This document shows, one piece after another, positions 1 to 8,603 of a stretch of 32,000 bases of DNA. A program made the position numbers and the translations under genes. The DNA comes from Candidatus Saccharibacteria bacterium oral taxon 488 (GTDB taxonomy: Bacteria; Patescibacteriota; Saccharimonadia; Saccharimonadales; Saccharimonadaceae). The notes under the pieces are model-generated. The model saw nothing but the letters and a program-made list of their open reading frames with translations. It ran no database searches and was not told the DNA's origin. The stretch's first letter is position 1; each line of letters starts with the position of its first letter. Location: contig CP047921.1 in the NCBI GenBank assembly GCA_010202845.1, positions 540,001 to 572,000 on the forward strand, given 5' to 3'.

Positions 1-690
1 GATCGCTGACTTGGTCTCGATTTTGGCAATAATATACGCATCCGAGCCCAGCGCCGTCAGCCGCGAGCGCAGATCGATAATGTCGTCCTCCGTCTGTACA
101 AAACTAAGCGCCACATAATCAAAATCTTGATTGGCTGCCCACTCAATATCGGCGATATCTTTTGGTGTCAAGATATCACCACCAAAATCGGTATCTGGCA
201 GATTCAACCCTTTACGGCTCATCAAAAATCCGTCATTCTGCACCTCCACCTTGATGGCCGTTGGGCCAGCAATTTCACGAACGATCGACTTGATCTTGCC
301 ATCAAACATATACAGCGGCTCGCCAACTTTCATTTTCTCAGCGAGGTTATATTGGACAGGCAGATTGAAGCTTCCATTGTGTTCTGTAATCGACGAATCA
401 AGCGTCAGCACATCACCAGCCCGCACCGTCAGCATGTTGTCTTTGAGAACGCCGAGGCGGATTTTTGGACCTTGAAGGTCTTGGAGAATGGCAACTGGTT
501 TACCCTGCTCATGACTGGCCGTGCGGATCCAGTCGATTTGCTCACGCCGCTCGTCATAACTACCGTGGCTGAAATTCAGACGAAAGCCATTGACACCGGC
601 CTGCATAAGTTGACTAATTTTATCCTGACTCATCGTTGCCGGACCGACAGTCGCTAGGATCTTGGTACGTTTAAAAATTGTGTTACTCAT
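1..690 (-). CDS. pyk: Pyruvate kinase, N-terminal 230 codons (3' end lies beyond the window start)
   Basis: Not in the ORF track because there is no stop codon inside the window. Reverse-strand translation from ATG (688-690) reads MSNTIFKRTKILATVGPATMSQDKISQLMQAGVNGFRLNFSHGSYDERREQIDWIR...AILQDLQGPKIRLG. This carries the pyruvate kinase hallmarks TKI-x-T-x-GPA, NFSHG and DLxGPKIR, and stays in frame to base 1. The + strand ORFs 127..657 and 131..475 are antisense shadows. Confidence 0.85.
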   Translation of the reverse strand, partial: MSNTIFKRTKILATVGPATMSQDKISQLMQAGVNGFRLNFSHGSYDERREQIDWIRTASHEQGKPVAILQDLQGPKIRLGVLKDNMLTVRAGDVLTLDSSITEHNGSFNLPVQYNLAEKMKVGEPLYMFDGKIKSIVREIAGPTAIKVEVQNDGFLMSRKGLNLPDTDFGGDILTPKDIADIEWAANQDFDYVALSFVQTEDDIIDLRSRLTALGSDAYIIAKIETKSAI

Positions 691-697
691 CCTTTTG

Positions 698-706
698 ATT
701 ATAACA
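698..706 (-). promoter_or_regulatory. Extended -10 box (TGTTATAAT) 7 nt upstream of the pyk ATG; candidate leaderless promoter
   Basis: Minus strand reads TGTTATAAT-CAAAAGG-ATG. There is no properly spaced SD; AAAGG directly abuts the ATG. Confidence 0.45.
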
Positions 707-736
707 CCGGTTAGGCGCTGAGAAAAGATATAATCA

Positions 737-1453
737 CTATTCAGAATCCGCTGCCCGATATCGAGCGATTGCTTGGCGGGCGGCTTGCTGTTGAGCCACC
801 TGCTTGGACGGACCCACGCCGCGCCCCATCAGCGTTTCACCAACGAATACCCCAAGCGTAAATACCTTATCATGATCTGGCCCTTCCTCACTCAAAACTT
901 TATACATCGGCGTCTGACCATCAACACGCTGAGAAATTTCCTGCAAATACGACTTCGGATCGCGCCAGCTGCCTGATTCCAAAATTCCATCTAGCTTAAC
1001 GATAATATGCTTATGAATAAAATCGCGCGCATCGTCAAAGCCACGCTCCAAATAAATCGCGCCGATCACCGCCTCAAAGGCATTGGCTAAAATCTGCAAG
1101 TGCGCCCGATCCGAGCCATTTTTCTCACCCTTCGACATACGAATCAGCCGCCCGTAACCCAAGGCATCACCCGCACTGCCAATACTTTCCGTCCGCACCA
1201 GCGCTGCCCGCCAGGCTGTCAAAATCCCTTCCGGTTCAGAAAAATGTGTAAATAAGTACTCCGTTACCGCTAGCTCCAACACCGCATCACCTAAAAATTC
1301 CAGCCGCTCATTGTGGCAATGGACTGATTTTCGGTGTTCGTTCACATAACTACGATGAGTTAAAGCCGTAATCAGCAAATCCAAATTTGTAAACTCAAAA
1401 CCTAATTTTTCGCGCGCAAACTCCTGATACGGCGCCGTATTCATCCCGCTCAT
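737..1453 (-). CDS. rnc: Ribonuclease III
   Basis: 238 aa. RNase III signature ERLEFLGDAVLELAVTEYLF, with a C-terminal dsRNA-binding domain (DPKSYLQE...GPDHDKVFTLGV...GPSKQVAQQQAA). Confidence 0.93.
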   Translation of the reverse strand: MSGMNTAPYQEFAREKLGFEFTNLDLLITALTHRSYVNEHRKSVHCHNERLEFLGDAVLELAVTEYLFTHFSEPEGILTAWRAALVRTESIGSAGDALGYGRLIRMSKGEKNGSDRAHLQILANAFEAVIGAIYLERGFDDARDFIHKHIIVKLDGILESGSWRDPKSYLQEISQRVDGQTPMYKVLSEEGPDHDKVFTLGVFVGETLMGRGVGPSKQVAQQQAARQAIARYRAADSE

Positions 1454-1951
1454 CTATAGATTCTCCTGCCTGATTCGCTTCATAGCGAGCAGAATCAGCT
1501 TGCCAATATCCTCATACTCGATCTCATCCAGCGCCTCATGAAAGGTAAACCACGCCAGGCCATTCATCCAGTCTTCTTTTTGCAGTTTTTCGTCCGGATC
1601 AAGCGCCTTCATCAGGTACACTTGCTGCGAAATCAGCACTAACTTATCAAGTCGGCGATAGCGAAAATTAATTTTGCCCAGCCAACCGCACACCTCGATG
1701 TTCTTGAGGCCAGCCTCCTCACCAACTTCACGCTTGGCAGCAGCCTGCGCTGTCTCGCCCGGCTCAACATGACCTTTGGGAATGGTCCAGCGATCCCGCG
1801 CGTCTTGGTAGAGCAGAAACTCAACATCACCCTTTTTATTGCGTCGAAACACCACGCCGCCGGCGGTTGGCTCGCGAACTATTTCTTGGATCGACGGTTT
1901 TTTGCGACCGCCAAAATATTTCTTGATATGATCAAAGCTGCTTGTCTTCAT
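1454..1951 (-). CDS. Nudix hydrolase
   Basis: Nudix box GHVEPGETAQAAAKREVGEEAGL. Start trimmed to the ATG at 1951 (MKTSSFDHIK...), which has AAGAGG 6 nt upstream. The ORF-track start at 1993 would overlap nusB by 62 nt. The stop abuts the rnc start. Confidence 0.82.
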   Translation of the reverse strand: MKTSSFDHIKKYFGGRKKPSIQEIVREPTAGGVVFRRNKKGDVEFLLYQDARDRWTIPKGHVEPGETAQAAAKREVGEEAGLKNIEVCGWLGKINFRYRRLDKLVLISQQVYLMKALDPDEKLQKEDWMNGLAWFTFHEALDEIEYEDIGKLILLAMKRIRQENL

Positions 1952-2387
1952 CGGCATCCTCTTGAAGGGAGCGATACGCTGTGCCGAGCACACCGTTCAC
2001 AAATTTCCCTGAGTTATCCGAACCAAACGTTTTTGCCAGTTCCACTGCTTCATTGATGGCCACTTTTGGTGGCACCGCCGCCCGAGAAAACAATAATTCA
2101 TACAGCCCGAGCCGTAGTACCGTCCGGTCAATTCGCGATATCTGCTCAATCGGCCATTCTGGCGCTAGTGGACGAAGTTTAGCATCAAGCTCTGCTTTAT
2201 GCGCAGTGACGCCATCGATCAGACTTCGTACAAACTCAACATCATCGACTGATGATTTGTATTTCTCAAGATTGCGCGTCAAGATATCGGCGACATCAAC
2301 CTCGCTGTCACCAACTTCCTGGCGAAACTCAATCTCGTATAACGTCTGCAACGCGACGATTCGTCCTAAATGACGGTTTGAAGCCAT
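1932..2387 (-). CDS. nusB: Transcription antitermination factor NusB
   Basis: 151 aa. N-terminal RIVALQTLYEIEF and C-terminal AINEAVELAKTFG...KFVNGVLG are typical NusB motifs. Confidence 0.9.
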   Translation of the reverse strand: MASNRHLGRIVALQTLYEIEFRQEVGDSEVDVADILTRNLEKYKSSVDDVEFVRSLIDGVTAHKAELDAKLRPLAPEWPIEQISRIDRTVLRLGLYELLFSRAAVPPKVAINEAVELAKTFGSDNSGKFVNGVLGTAYRSLQEDADEDKQL

Positions 2388-2414
2388 GACAAAAACGTTC
2401 CTGTTCGTGTTAGT

Positions 2415-2564
2415 TTATTTTGTACTCTTCTTACCGGTCTCGCGTTTGGTCGTCTTGACTTTCACTGGTGACGTCCCGTTGACGCGGCGTGCTAATTTCA
2501 GTACCAAGTGGCTGCGACGCAGACCGGTCTTGCGCGGACTACTCTGCTTTTTTGGTTGTGCCAT
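2415..2564 (-). CDS. rpmF: 50S ribosomal protein L32 (49 aa)
   Basis: Below the ORF-track size cutoff. Minus-strand ATG at 2564 is preceded by AAAGGAGAT. It translates to MAQPKKQSSPRKTGLRRSHLVLKLARRVNGTSPVKVKTTKRETGKKSTK. The N-terminal basic P-K-K-x-S-x-x-K-x-x-x-RRSH pattern matches L32. The stop TAA is at 2415-2417. Confidence 0.7.
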   Translation of the reverse strand: MAQPKKQSSPRKTGLRRSHLVLKLARRVNGTSPVKVKTTKRETGKKSTK

Positions 2565-2677
2565 AGAAAAATCTCCTTTATTTCAGTTTATCGTAACACT
2601 TGGGCTTCATTATACCGGTTTTTGATAGATTTCTCAAGGGGATGCAGAGCAGTGGCAATACGCTGTCAGGGGTATTG

Positions 2678-2706
2678 TTGACTTTATATAATATTTATGG
2701 TAATAT
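2678..2706 (+). promoter_or_regulatory. Sigma70-type promoter TTGACT-N17-TAATAT
   Basis: TTGACT at 2678-2683, a 17-nt spacer, then TAATAT at 2701-2706. It sits in the divergent intergenic region and faces the 2749 CDS. Confidence 0.5.
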
Positions 2707-2748
2707 CATAGGCATCACTTACGATAGAAAGGATACATCCTACTAATT

Positions 2749-3144
2749 ATGGATAAGAACAATTCACTCTCTCAGCCCGGGGAAACACTACGTCCATTAG
2801 GTAAACTGAAACTGGCCCTCGGGTCAGGGGCAATGCTAGCAATAATGGGGATAGGTCTCGGCATCGGCATTAAAGGTATCGCCGCCGATAAAGAGCCGGC
2901 GGAATCACCCCTAGTTGGCTCTTCTATGATGCATTATAACCCCACGGAAACTGATATCACAAAGGATTCAGATGTATGTGCAGCAGCAGACTCCATTGTA
3001 AGGGATGCCAATGCTGCTACCCAAATTGATATAGTGGGCTGTGCTACGGAATCCAAAAAGCTCACTGGTCTTCCACGGGGAACACGCGTACGAGTCGAGG
3101 TACACCGGGATGGCTCGGTGACGGCTAAGCCCCTCGGTAACTAA
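2749..3144 (+). CDS. Hypothetical small membrane-anchored/secreted protein
   Basis: 131 aa. One hydrophobic segment (LALGSGAMLAIMGIGLGIGI) and two Cys in the C-terminal domain. No recognisable family. It converges on leuS with one base between the two stops. Confidence 0.55.
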   Translation: MDKNNSLSQPGETLRPLGKLKLALGSGAMLAIMGIGLGIGIKGIAADKEPAESPLVGSSMMHYNPTETDITKDSDVCAAADSIVRDANAATQIDIVGCATESKKLTGLPRGTRVRVEVHRDGSVTAKPLGN

Positions 3145-3145
3145 C

Positions 3146-5740
3146 CTAGACAACAATATTCACCAACTTCCCTGGCACATAAATCACCTTTTTCGGTGTC
3201 CGGGCGTCGAGATAGGCGCGAACCTTCTCGTCATCCAGCGCTCGTTGCTCAATCGTCTCTTTATCGGTATCAACTGGCAGCTCCAGCCGTGATCGGAGCT
3301 TGCCGTTGACCTGTACAATGATGGTTATCACATCGCTCACCAGATATTTTTCATCCCACTTTGGCCAGTGATTAACGTGAATGGTATCAGCATGGCCCAA
3401 TTCCTGCCACAATTCTTCAGTTATGTGCGGCGCAAATGGTGCCAAAATCTGTAGCAGACTTTCCAAAGTAAACCGCCACGTTTCTAACGCTTGCATGCCG
3501 TGCGATTCTTTGAACTTATATAGGCCATTGACCATTTCCATCATCGCCGCCACTGCCGTATTGAACTTTTCATCCTCGATGTCACGAGTGACTTTTTTGA
3601 TAGTGAGGTGAGTGAGGCGCAACAGTTCCGCGACTACATCACCATCCTCCGCCAGAGTACACTCTTCGCTCAAATCTCCGCTGGAGATTTCTCGCGAGCG
3701 TTCGGCTGAAGCGTCCGCTATTCGCGAACACTTCACAGCCTCTGTCAGAGGAGGTAATGTAGCCGCCTCAATAAACTCCTGTACCACATTCCACACTCGG
3801 TTTAAGAACCGATACGTCCCCGGCACCCCGCGCGGATCCCACGGTGCATCCATATCATAGGGCGCGATGAACATCTCGTATACGCGCAGTGCGTCAGCGC
3901 CATAACCACTGTCCATAATTTCCATCGGATCGATGACATTGCCCTTGGACTTACTCATTTTTTGACCGTCTGGCGCCATGATGTAAGCATTGTACATCAT
4001 TCGTTTGAACGGCTCCGGTGTCGGCACTAGACCGAGTTTATAGAAAAAGCGCATCCAAAAACGACTATACAATAGGTGTGCTACCGCATGATCGGCGCCA
4101 TTGTAATAATCGACTGGCGCCCAGTGTTTGATCAGCCCTGGATTCCACGCCTGCTGGTCGTTGTGCGGATCGAGATAGCGTAGGAAGTACCAACTGGAGC
4201 AGGCATAGCCGTCCAGCGTATCAGTTTCGCGTCGCCCCTCATGCCAATTGTCGCCCGCTGGCTTTGGCTCGGTGATTGGCACAGTTTTACCCGTCTCAAC
4301 GTCAACCCACACGCGCACCCAATCATCAACCTGTGCCAATACCGAAGTGTTGCCACCCGTCGGCTTGAAGTTCTCGACCTCTGGTAAAATCACCGGCAAA
4401 CACTCATCCGCCACAGCGATTGGCCCGAAACCATCAACATGAACCATCGGAATTGGCGCGCCCCAGTACCGCTGGCGAGAAATCAGCCAATCGCGCATTT
4501 TATAGGTGGTCTTGCTCCGACCCAGGCCCTGTTGCTCCAGCCAAGCCACCACCTGTTCACGAGCCTCTTCGCTGCGCAGGCCGTCAAAATCGCCCGAATT
4601 AATCAATTCGCCTTCACCCGCGTAACAGCCAGCATCCGCCGAGTTTTCTGGCTTTTCAATCACCTGCACTACTGGCAAATCAAATTTTTCGGCAAACTCC
4701 AGGTCGCGTTCATCATGCGCCGGCACCGCCATAATCGCGCCAGTGCCGTAACCACCGAGGATGTAGTCCGCCACCCAAATTGGCACTTTCTGACCATTGA
4801 CTGGATTGATGGCATAGCTGCCAGTAAAGACGCCGGTTTTATCTTTATTTTCCTGGCGTTCAACGTCGGATTTTTTCTGCGCCGCTTGAACGTACGATTC
4901 GACTTTAGCACGCGTGTCGGCATTAACCAGCTGAGACACTAGCGGATGCTCTGGTGCCAGTGCCACATACGTCGCACCAAACAGCGTGTCAGGGCGCGTA
5001 GTGAAAACAGTGATGACATCGTCGCAGCCTTCAACCGCAAACTCAACCTCCGCACCGACCGACCGACCGATCCAATTTTTCTGCATAGTTTTGACCATTT
5101 CCGTCCAATCCAAGTCGTCAGTTGCCTCCAAAATCTCATCGGCATAGGCCGTAATACGGAAAAACCACTGCTTGAGGTTGCGCTTGGTGACAGGATTGCC
5201 GCAGCGCCAACATTTGCCGCCCTCAACCTGCTCGTTAGCTAGCACCGTATTGTCGGTATCGCACCACCATTGTAGCTGCTCCTTCTGGTACGCCAAATCG
5301 TGCTTGTATAGCTGCGTAAAAATCCACTGAGTCCACTTGTAATACTCAGGGTCGGCAGTAGAAATCTCCTTTGACCAATCATAACTAAAGCCGAGGCGCT
5401 TCAACTGAGCAATGAAATGAGCCTTAGCTTCGTCATGTGCTACCCGCGGCGTTTTACCAACCTTGATAGCGTAATTTTCCACTGGCAGTCCGAAGCTGTC
5501 CCAACCAATTGGATGGTACACATTGTGACCTTGCTGACGCTTCAGGCGTGCTTTGATGTCGGCAAACTGAAACGTCCGACCGTGACCGATGTGAATGCCA
5601 GCCCCGGTGATACCAGGAAGCATACTCAAGCTGTAATACTTTGGGCGCGTTGTATCACTAAGATCAGTGACATAAGTGCCGTCAGCCTCCCATTTATCTT
5701 GCCATTTTTTCTCAATTTCCGTCGGATTGTAGCGTTTCAT
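3146..5740 (-). CDS. leuS: Leucine--tRNA ligase
   Basis: HIGH motif (GIHIGHGR), KMSKS motif (QKMSKSKGN) and a CP1 editing domain. Start trimmed to the ATG at 5740 (MKRYNPTEIEKKWQDKW), which has AAGGAG upstream. The ORF-track start at 5896 would overlap the upstream gene. Confidence 0.95.
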   Translation of the reverse strand: MKRYNPTEIEKKWQDKWEADGTYVTDLSDTTRPKYYSLSMLPGITGAGIHIGHGRTFQFADIKARLKRQQGHNVYHPIGWDSFGLPVENYAIKVGKTPRVAHDEAKAHFIAQLKRLGFSYDWSKEISTADPEYYKWTQWIFTQLYKHDLAYQKEQLQWWCDTDNTVLANEQVEGGKCWRCGNPVTKRNLKQWFFRITAYADEILEATDDLDWTEMVKTMQKNWIGRSVGAEVEFAVEGCDDVITVFTTRPDTLFGATYVALAPEHPLVSQLVNADTRAKVESYVQAAQKKSDVERQENKDKTGVFTGSYAINPVNGQKVPIWVADYILGGYGTGAIMAVPAHDERDLEFAEKFDLPVVQVIEKPENSADAGCYAGEGELINSGDFDGLRSEEAREQVVAWLEQQGLGRSKTTYKMRDWLISRQRYWGAPIPMVHVDGFGPIAVADECLPVILPEVENFKPTGGNTSVLAQVDDWVRVWVDVETGKTVPITEPKPAGDNWHEGRRETDTLDGYACSSWYFLRYLDPHNDQQAWNPGLIKHWAPVDYYNGADHAVAHLLYSRFWMRFFYKLGLVPTPEPFKRMMYNAYIMAPDGQKMSKSKGNVIDPMEIMDSGYGADALRVYEMFIAPYDMDAPWDPRGVPGTYRFLNRVWNVVQEFIEAATLPPLTEAVKCSRIADASAERSREISSGDLSEECTLAEDGDVVAELLRLTHLTIKKVTRDIEDEKFNTAVAAMMEMVNGLYKFKESHGMQALETWRFTLESLLQILAPFAPHITEELWQELGHADTIHVNHWPKWDEKYLVSDVITIIVQVNGKLRSRLELPVDTDKETIEQRALDDEKVRAYLDARTPKKVIYVPGKLVNIVV

Positions 5741-5753
5741 ACTCCTTAGTATA

Positions 5754-7079
5754 TCATCTCTCGACGCTAGTGTCGGCGTCTTCATCGTTCTCATCCGTAG
5801 AGGCACCACCCCTAGCAAACGGCGGCGGTATTGGTGATGAGCCGGCAAAATCCTGAAGTACTGATTTAAGATTATCGGCGTCTGACGGTATATCAATTTG
5901 CTCTGACTTATTGTAGTCGAACGTCATGTCTATAGTGAGATTCCGATCCTTGTCGCCATCTGATCCGCGCGCCTTGATTTCGAGCGCTTTAAGCTGGTGT
6001 GACCACGGATCGACCCAGATGCGTATAGTAGGCAATCTCTTTGATGACGTAGTTTTATTTGCTGTATTGAATACTTTGTCGCCATAACACTCTTTAATTT
6101 TCTTGCCAAGTTTCGTATCCCCCAGAGAATCGATAAATGCGCGTAGTCTGTCTGACATTTTACCGTCCGAAGCTAAATCAATTTCAAAGCCAGGCACACC
6201 ATCACGCGGCTCGACCTTAGCGTCCTTTTTGACCGTCACAAAGCTGTTTTTGCGATACGCGTTGATCAGTTCGCTACGCACCTGCTGGTCAGTATTGATC
6301 AAATCAAAGATTTCTTGAGAGCACGTGTCTTTGTTTGTACGTGATGCTCCAAGCTCATCAAATGATACCTTAAGCCACTTGCCTTCAATTTTGTTAAGTT
6401 TTTCATCAAACTGTTTGAGGATCTGGTCGCGTACCATCGTCGACCGCGTATCTGGTAGCATCCCCCGACTTCGAGCCTTGATGATCGTCTCTACCATCTG
6501 GCGCACGATATCTTTTAGATGTTCGCTCTTAATATAAATCGTACCTTTGCCATCAGCCACCATTGTGAGGATGACGTCTTGCTGGATCTCCATGCCGTTG
6601 ATCGCTAATGTAATGGTGGCCTCGGTTTTTGATTTTGGTGAGTCAGCAACGGCTTTGAGCTTGACATCAATACGATTACCGTTGCCGAGATTCATGACGA
6701 GTTTGCCCGAGGAAACCACCCTTTTGGTCTGGAATGAATTAACCACTGCATCAGTTACCATCCTCTGCGGATCTTGCCACCAGAAAAAGTACAATAGTAC
6801 CGCAGCAATAGCCAGCAGCAATACGACCGAGCCGGTAATAATACCGATGATGAGGCCGGTTTTCTTTTTTGGCGGCATAACCGAATTCATGATCGGCGGT
6901 TGCGACGTCGGCGGTGCTGGTTGCGCTGGCGTCGATACAGGCTGATCAGTCTGTGTAGGCGGAGTCGTTGTCGACTGTGATGAGCTTGATGTGACCGTCG
7001 ACTGCGACGCTGCCAGCGGTGTTGATGCAGTGGCTTTATCCGCTGGTGTTTTCTTGCTATTCGTACCCTTGTCGTCCAT
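5754..7079 (-). CDS. Hypothetical single-pass membrane protein with a low-complexity S/T/P/Q N-terminus
   Basis: 441 aa. GAGGAGG lies upstream of the ATG. There is an approximately 75-aa S/T/P/Q-rich N-terminal region, then a TM helix (LIIGIITGSVVLLLAIAAVLLYFFWW), then an approximately 340-aa domain with no family I recognise. Confidence 0.7.
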   Translation of the reverse strand: MDDKGTNSKKTPADKATASTPLAASQSTVTSSSSQSTTTPPTQTDQPVSTPAQPAPPTSQPPIMNSVMPPKKKTGLIIGIITGSVVLLLAIAAVLLYFFWWQDPQRMVTDAVVNSFQTKRVVSSGKLVMNLGNGNRIDVKLKAVADSPKSKTEATITLAINGMEIQQDVILTMVADGKGTIYIKSEHLKDIVRQMVETIIKARSRGMLPDTRSTMVRDQILKQFDEKLNKIEGKWLKVSFDELGASRTNKDTCSQEIFDLINTDQQVRSELINAYRKNSFVTVKKDAKVEPRDGVPGFEIDLASDGKMSDRLRAFIDSLGDTKLGKKIKECYGDKVFNTANKTTSSKRLPTIRIWVDPWSHQLKALEIKARGSDGDKDRNLTIDMTFDYNKSEQIDIPSDADNLKSVLQDFAGSSPIPPPFARGGASTDENDEDADTSVER

Positions 7080-7109
7080 ATTCCTCCTCGTTATACTTTC
7101 ATTGTATCA

Positions 7110-8423
7110 CTATCCGCGAAAGCGCGAGAAAAATTCATTTTTTCGCTTAATCCAGTCAGGCGACTGGCGCACCAATTTTTTCTCATCCTCGGTGCTGTGT
7201 AGGTTAATTTTAATCGCTTCCTCGAGCCAAACACCGCCACTTGAACCCTTGAAGAGAGCCACGCCGCCCGCATGAAGTTTTTCGCGCACAAATCCGCCGG
7301 CCATCAGCGCATCACGACACTCCTTAACCTGACAGCCGCGACGACGTGCTACCGGCGCCAGGTATTGATTAGCCATCTCACCGACGGTCACTACCCAATC
7401 CAGCTCGTCTGGCGAACACTGAGCGCCGAGCTTGGCATGACCGGCCTGCGTATCCTTGCGTAGCCCATTCATATTACCAAACACCACGATACGCTGCGGC
7501 ACCTCGAGACTGTATAGCGTTTGTAGTGCTGATAGCGCCGTCAGCGGCGACGAGCTATAGCTATCGTCAATCAGAATCGTCTGATCCGCGCCGCGAAGCA
7601 CTTGCATCCGACCCGGCAGCGGAAGTAACTGACTCAAGCCCTTTTCAATCAACTCTTTCGTCATGCCCATCCGCACCCCAGCGAGCATCGCCACGACGGC
7701 TGGCCGCAGATTATGTTCACCAAGTAGTGGCAGCGTCACTGCGATACCATCAGGATATTCCGGGCCGATAATCTTGCCGACATAACCGTGCTCCAGCGAG
7801 AAATCATGCTGCTCAAAATAATACTCAGCGACCTCGCTGGTGCCATATGTCGTCATCTGGGGATTTGCCAAAAATGCGGCAAATCGACCGTCAATGTCAT
7901 CGCGGTTAATGGCCGCAAAGCGAGCATTATTCGCCAATGTGAGCATCTCGCCGGCCACCTCTTCGACGGTATGTTCAACCCGCATGCGGCCAGAGGTGAC
8001 TGACGTCACAACGGCCATATCCGGCAAAATAACCTGCTGAAACCATGCATTAAAACCAGGTTGCATTGGGCTGAACTCCTGAACGATAATCTGGGCTTCG
8101 GGATGTTCAGCGCGAGCACGCTTTTTGACAGCTCGCATCATCTTGCGGCGGTGCCAAAATCCCCACTTCTCCTCCGGACGATTCTCGGGGTAGCGCACGC
8201 CCATGATCTGCAGAAGGGTTTGTAAGTGCGACGTTGGCTCAGCAGCGTGCATGGCGACAGCAAACTGCTGCGATAGCACAGTAGCGATCGCTGTTTTAGC
8301 ACTCGTTTTACCGGCGCTCCCGGTCACTGCGATCAACTTGACATCAGCATGGTCGGCAAAAAATTGCCGGACATAGCGTATCATTTTTTTCTCAAACGAC
8401 TTCTTGAACATCCCTTTTATCAT
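7110..8423 (-). CDS. Mur ligase family protein, MurF-like central and C-terminal domains without the N-terminal domain
   Basis: 437 aa. The P-loop VTGSAGKTS starts at residue 33. MurF-like features include LIDDSYSSSP, VVFGNMNGL, HAKLG and LFKGSSGGVWLEE. An approximately 25-aa basic C-terminal extension follows. Confidence 0.75.
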   Translation of the reverse strand: MIKGMFKKSFEKKMIRYVRQFFADHADVKLIAVTGSAGKTSAKTAIATVLSQQFAVAMHAAEPTSHLQTLLQIMGVRYPENRPEEKWGFWHRRKMMRAVKKRARAEHPEAQIIVQEFSPMQPGFNAWFQQVILPDMAVVTSVTSGRMRVEHTVEEVAGEMLTLANNARFAAINRDDIDGRFAAFLANPQMTTYGTSEVAEYYFEQHDFSLEHGYVGKIIGPEYPDGIAVTLPLLGEHNLRPAVVAMLAGVRMGMTKELIEKGLSQLLPLPGRMQVLRGADQTILIDDSYSSSPLTALSALQTLYSLEVPQRIVVFGNMNGLRKDTQAGHAKLGAQCSPDELDWVVTVGEMANQYLAPVARRRGCQVKECRDALMAGGFVREKLHAGGVALFKGSSGGVWLEEAIKINLHSTEDEKKLVRQSPDWIKRKNEFFSRFRG

Positions 8424-8455
8424 ACCATAAGCGCTGTCAAACGCGCCACTTGACG

Positions 8456-8547
8456 AATAAAAAAGAGCTGTTACGCGCCCACCCGGGGCAATTTCGTGTG
8501 TTTGTTTTGGATGGCAGCATAGGAAACGCCCCTATGCGTACCAGCTC
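8456..8547 (-). terminator. Terminator-like structured RNA element: 12-bp closing helix enclosing about 59 nt, followed by a U-tract
   Basis: On the minus strand GAGCUGGUACGC (8547-8536) pairs with GCGUAACAGCUC (8476-8465) with one mismatch, followed by UUUUUUAUU (8464-8456). The interior holds hairpins GCAUAGG/CCUAUGC and GCCC/GGGC plus a CA-rich single strand. Confidence 0.35.
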
Positions 8548-8603
8548 TGACGATATTATGCGCTTTTCTGTTAAAAAGCACAAGGGGTTTGATCAATATT
8601 TAC

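Noticed and set aside
127-657. Plus-strand ORFs 127..657 and 131..475 in the ORF track
   Set aside because: They are antisense shadows of the pyruvate kinase gene, which gives a clean family-typical translation on the minus strand. Their own translations are low-complexity with no motifs.
5741-5753. T-box leader upstream of leuS
   Set aside because: Only 13 nt separate leuS from the upstream gene, which leaves no room for a T-box riboswitch.
5741-5896. N-terminal extension of the leuS ORF (track start 5896)
   Set aside because: The extension overlaps the 3' end of the upstream gene and has no LeuS homology. The ATG at 5740 has an AAGGAG RBS and gives the canonical MKRYNPxEIExKWQ start.
8424-8603. 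SRP (4.5S) RNA or 6S RNA in the 180-nt intergenic region
   Set aside because: I could not find the conserved SRP domain IV motifs (GGAA/GNRA tetraloop flanked by AGCA and GUCAGG-type loops). Nor could I find an extended rod with a central bubble as in 6S RNA. It is retained only as an unclassified structured element.
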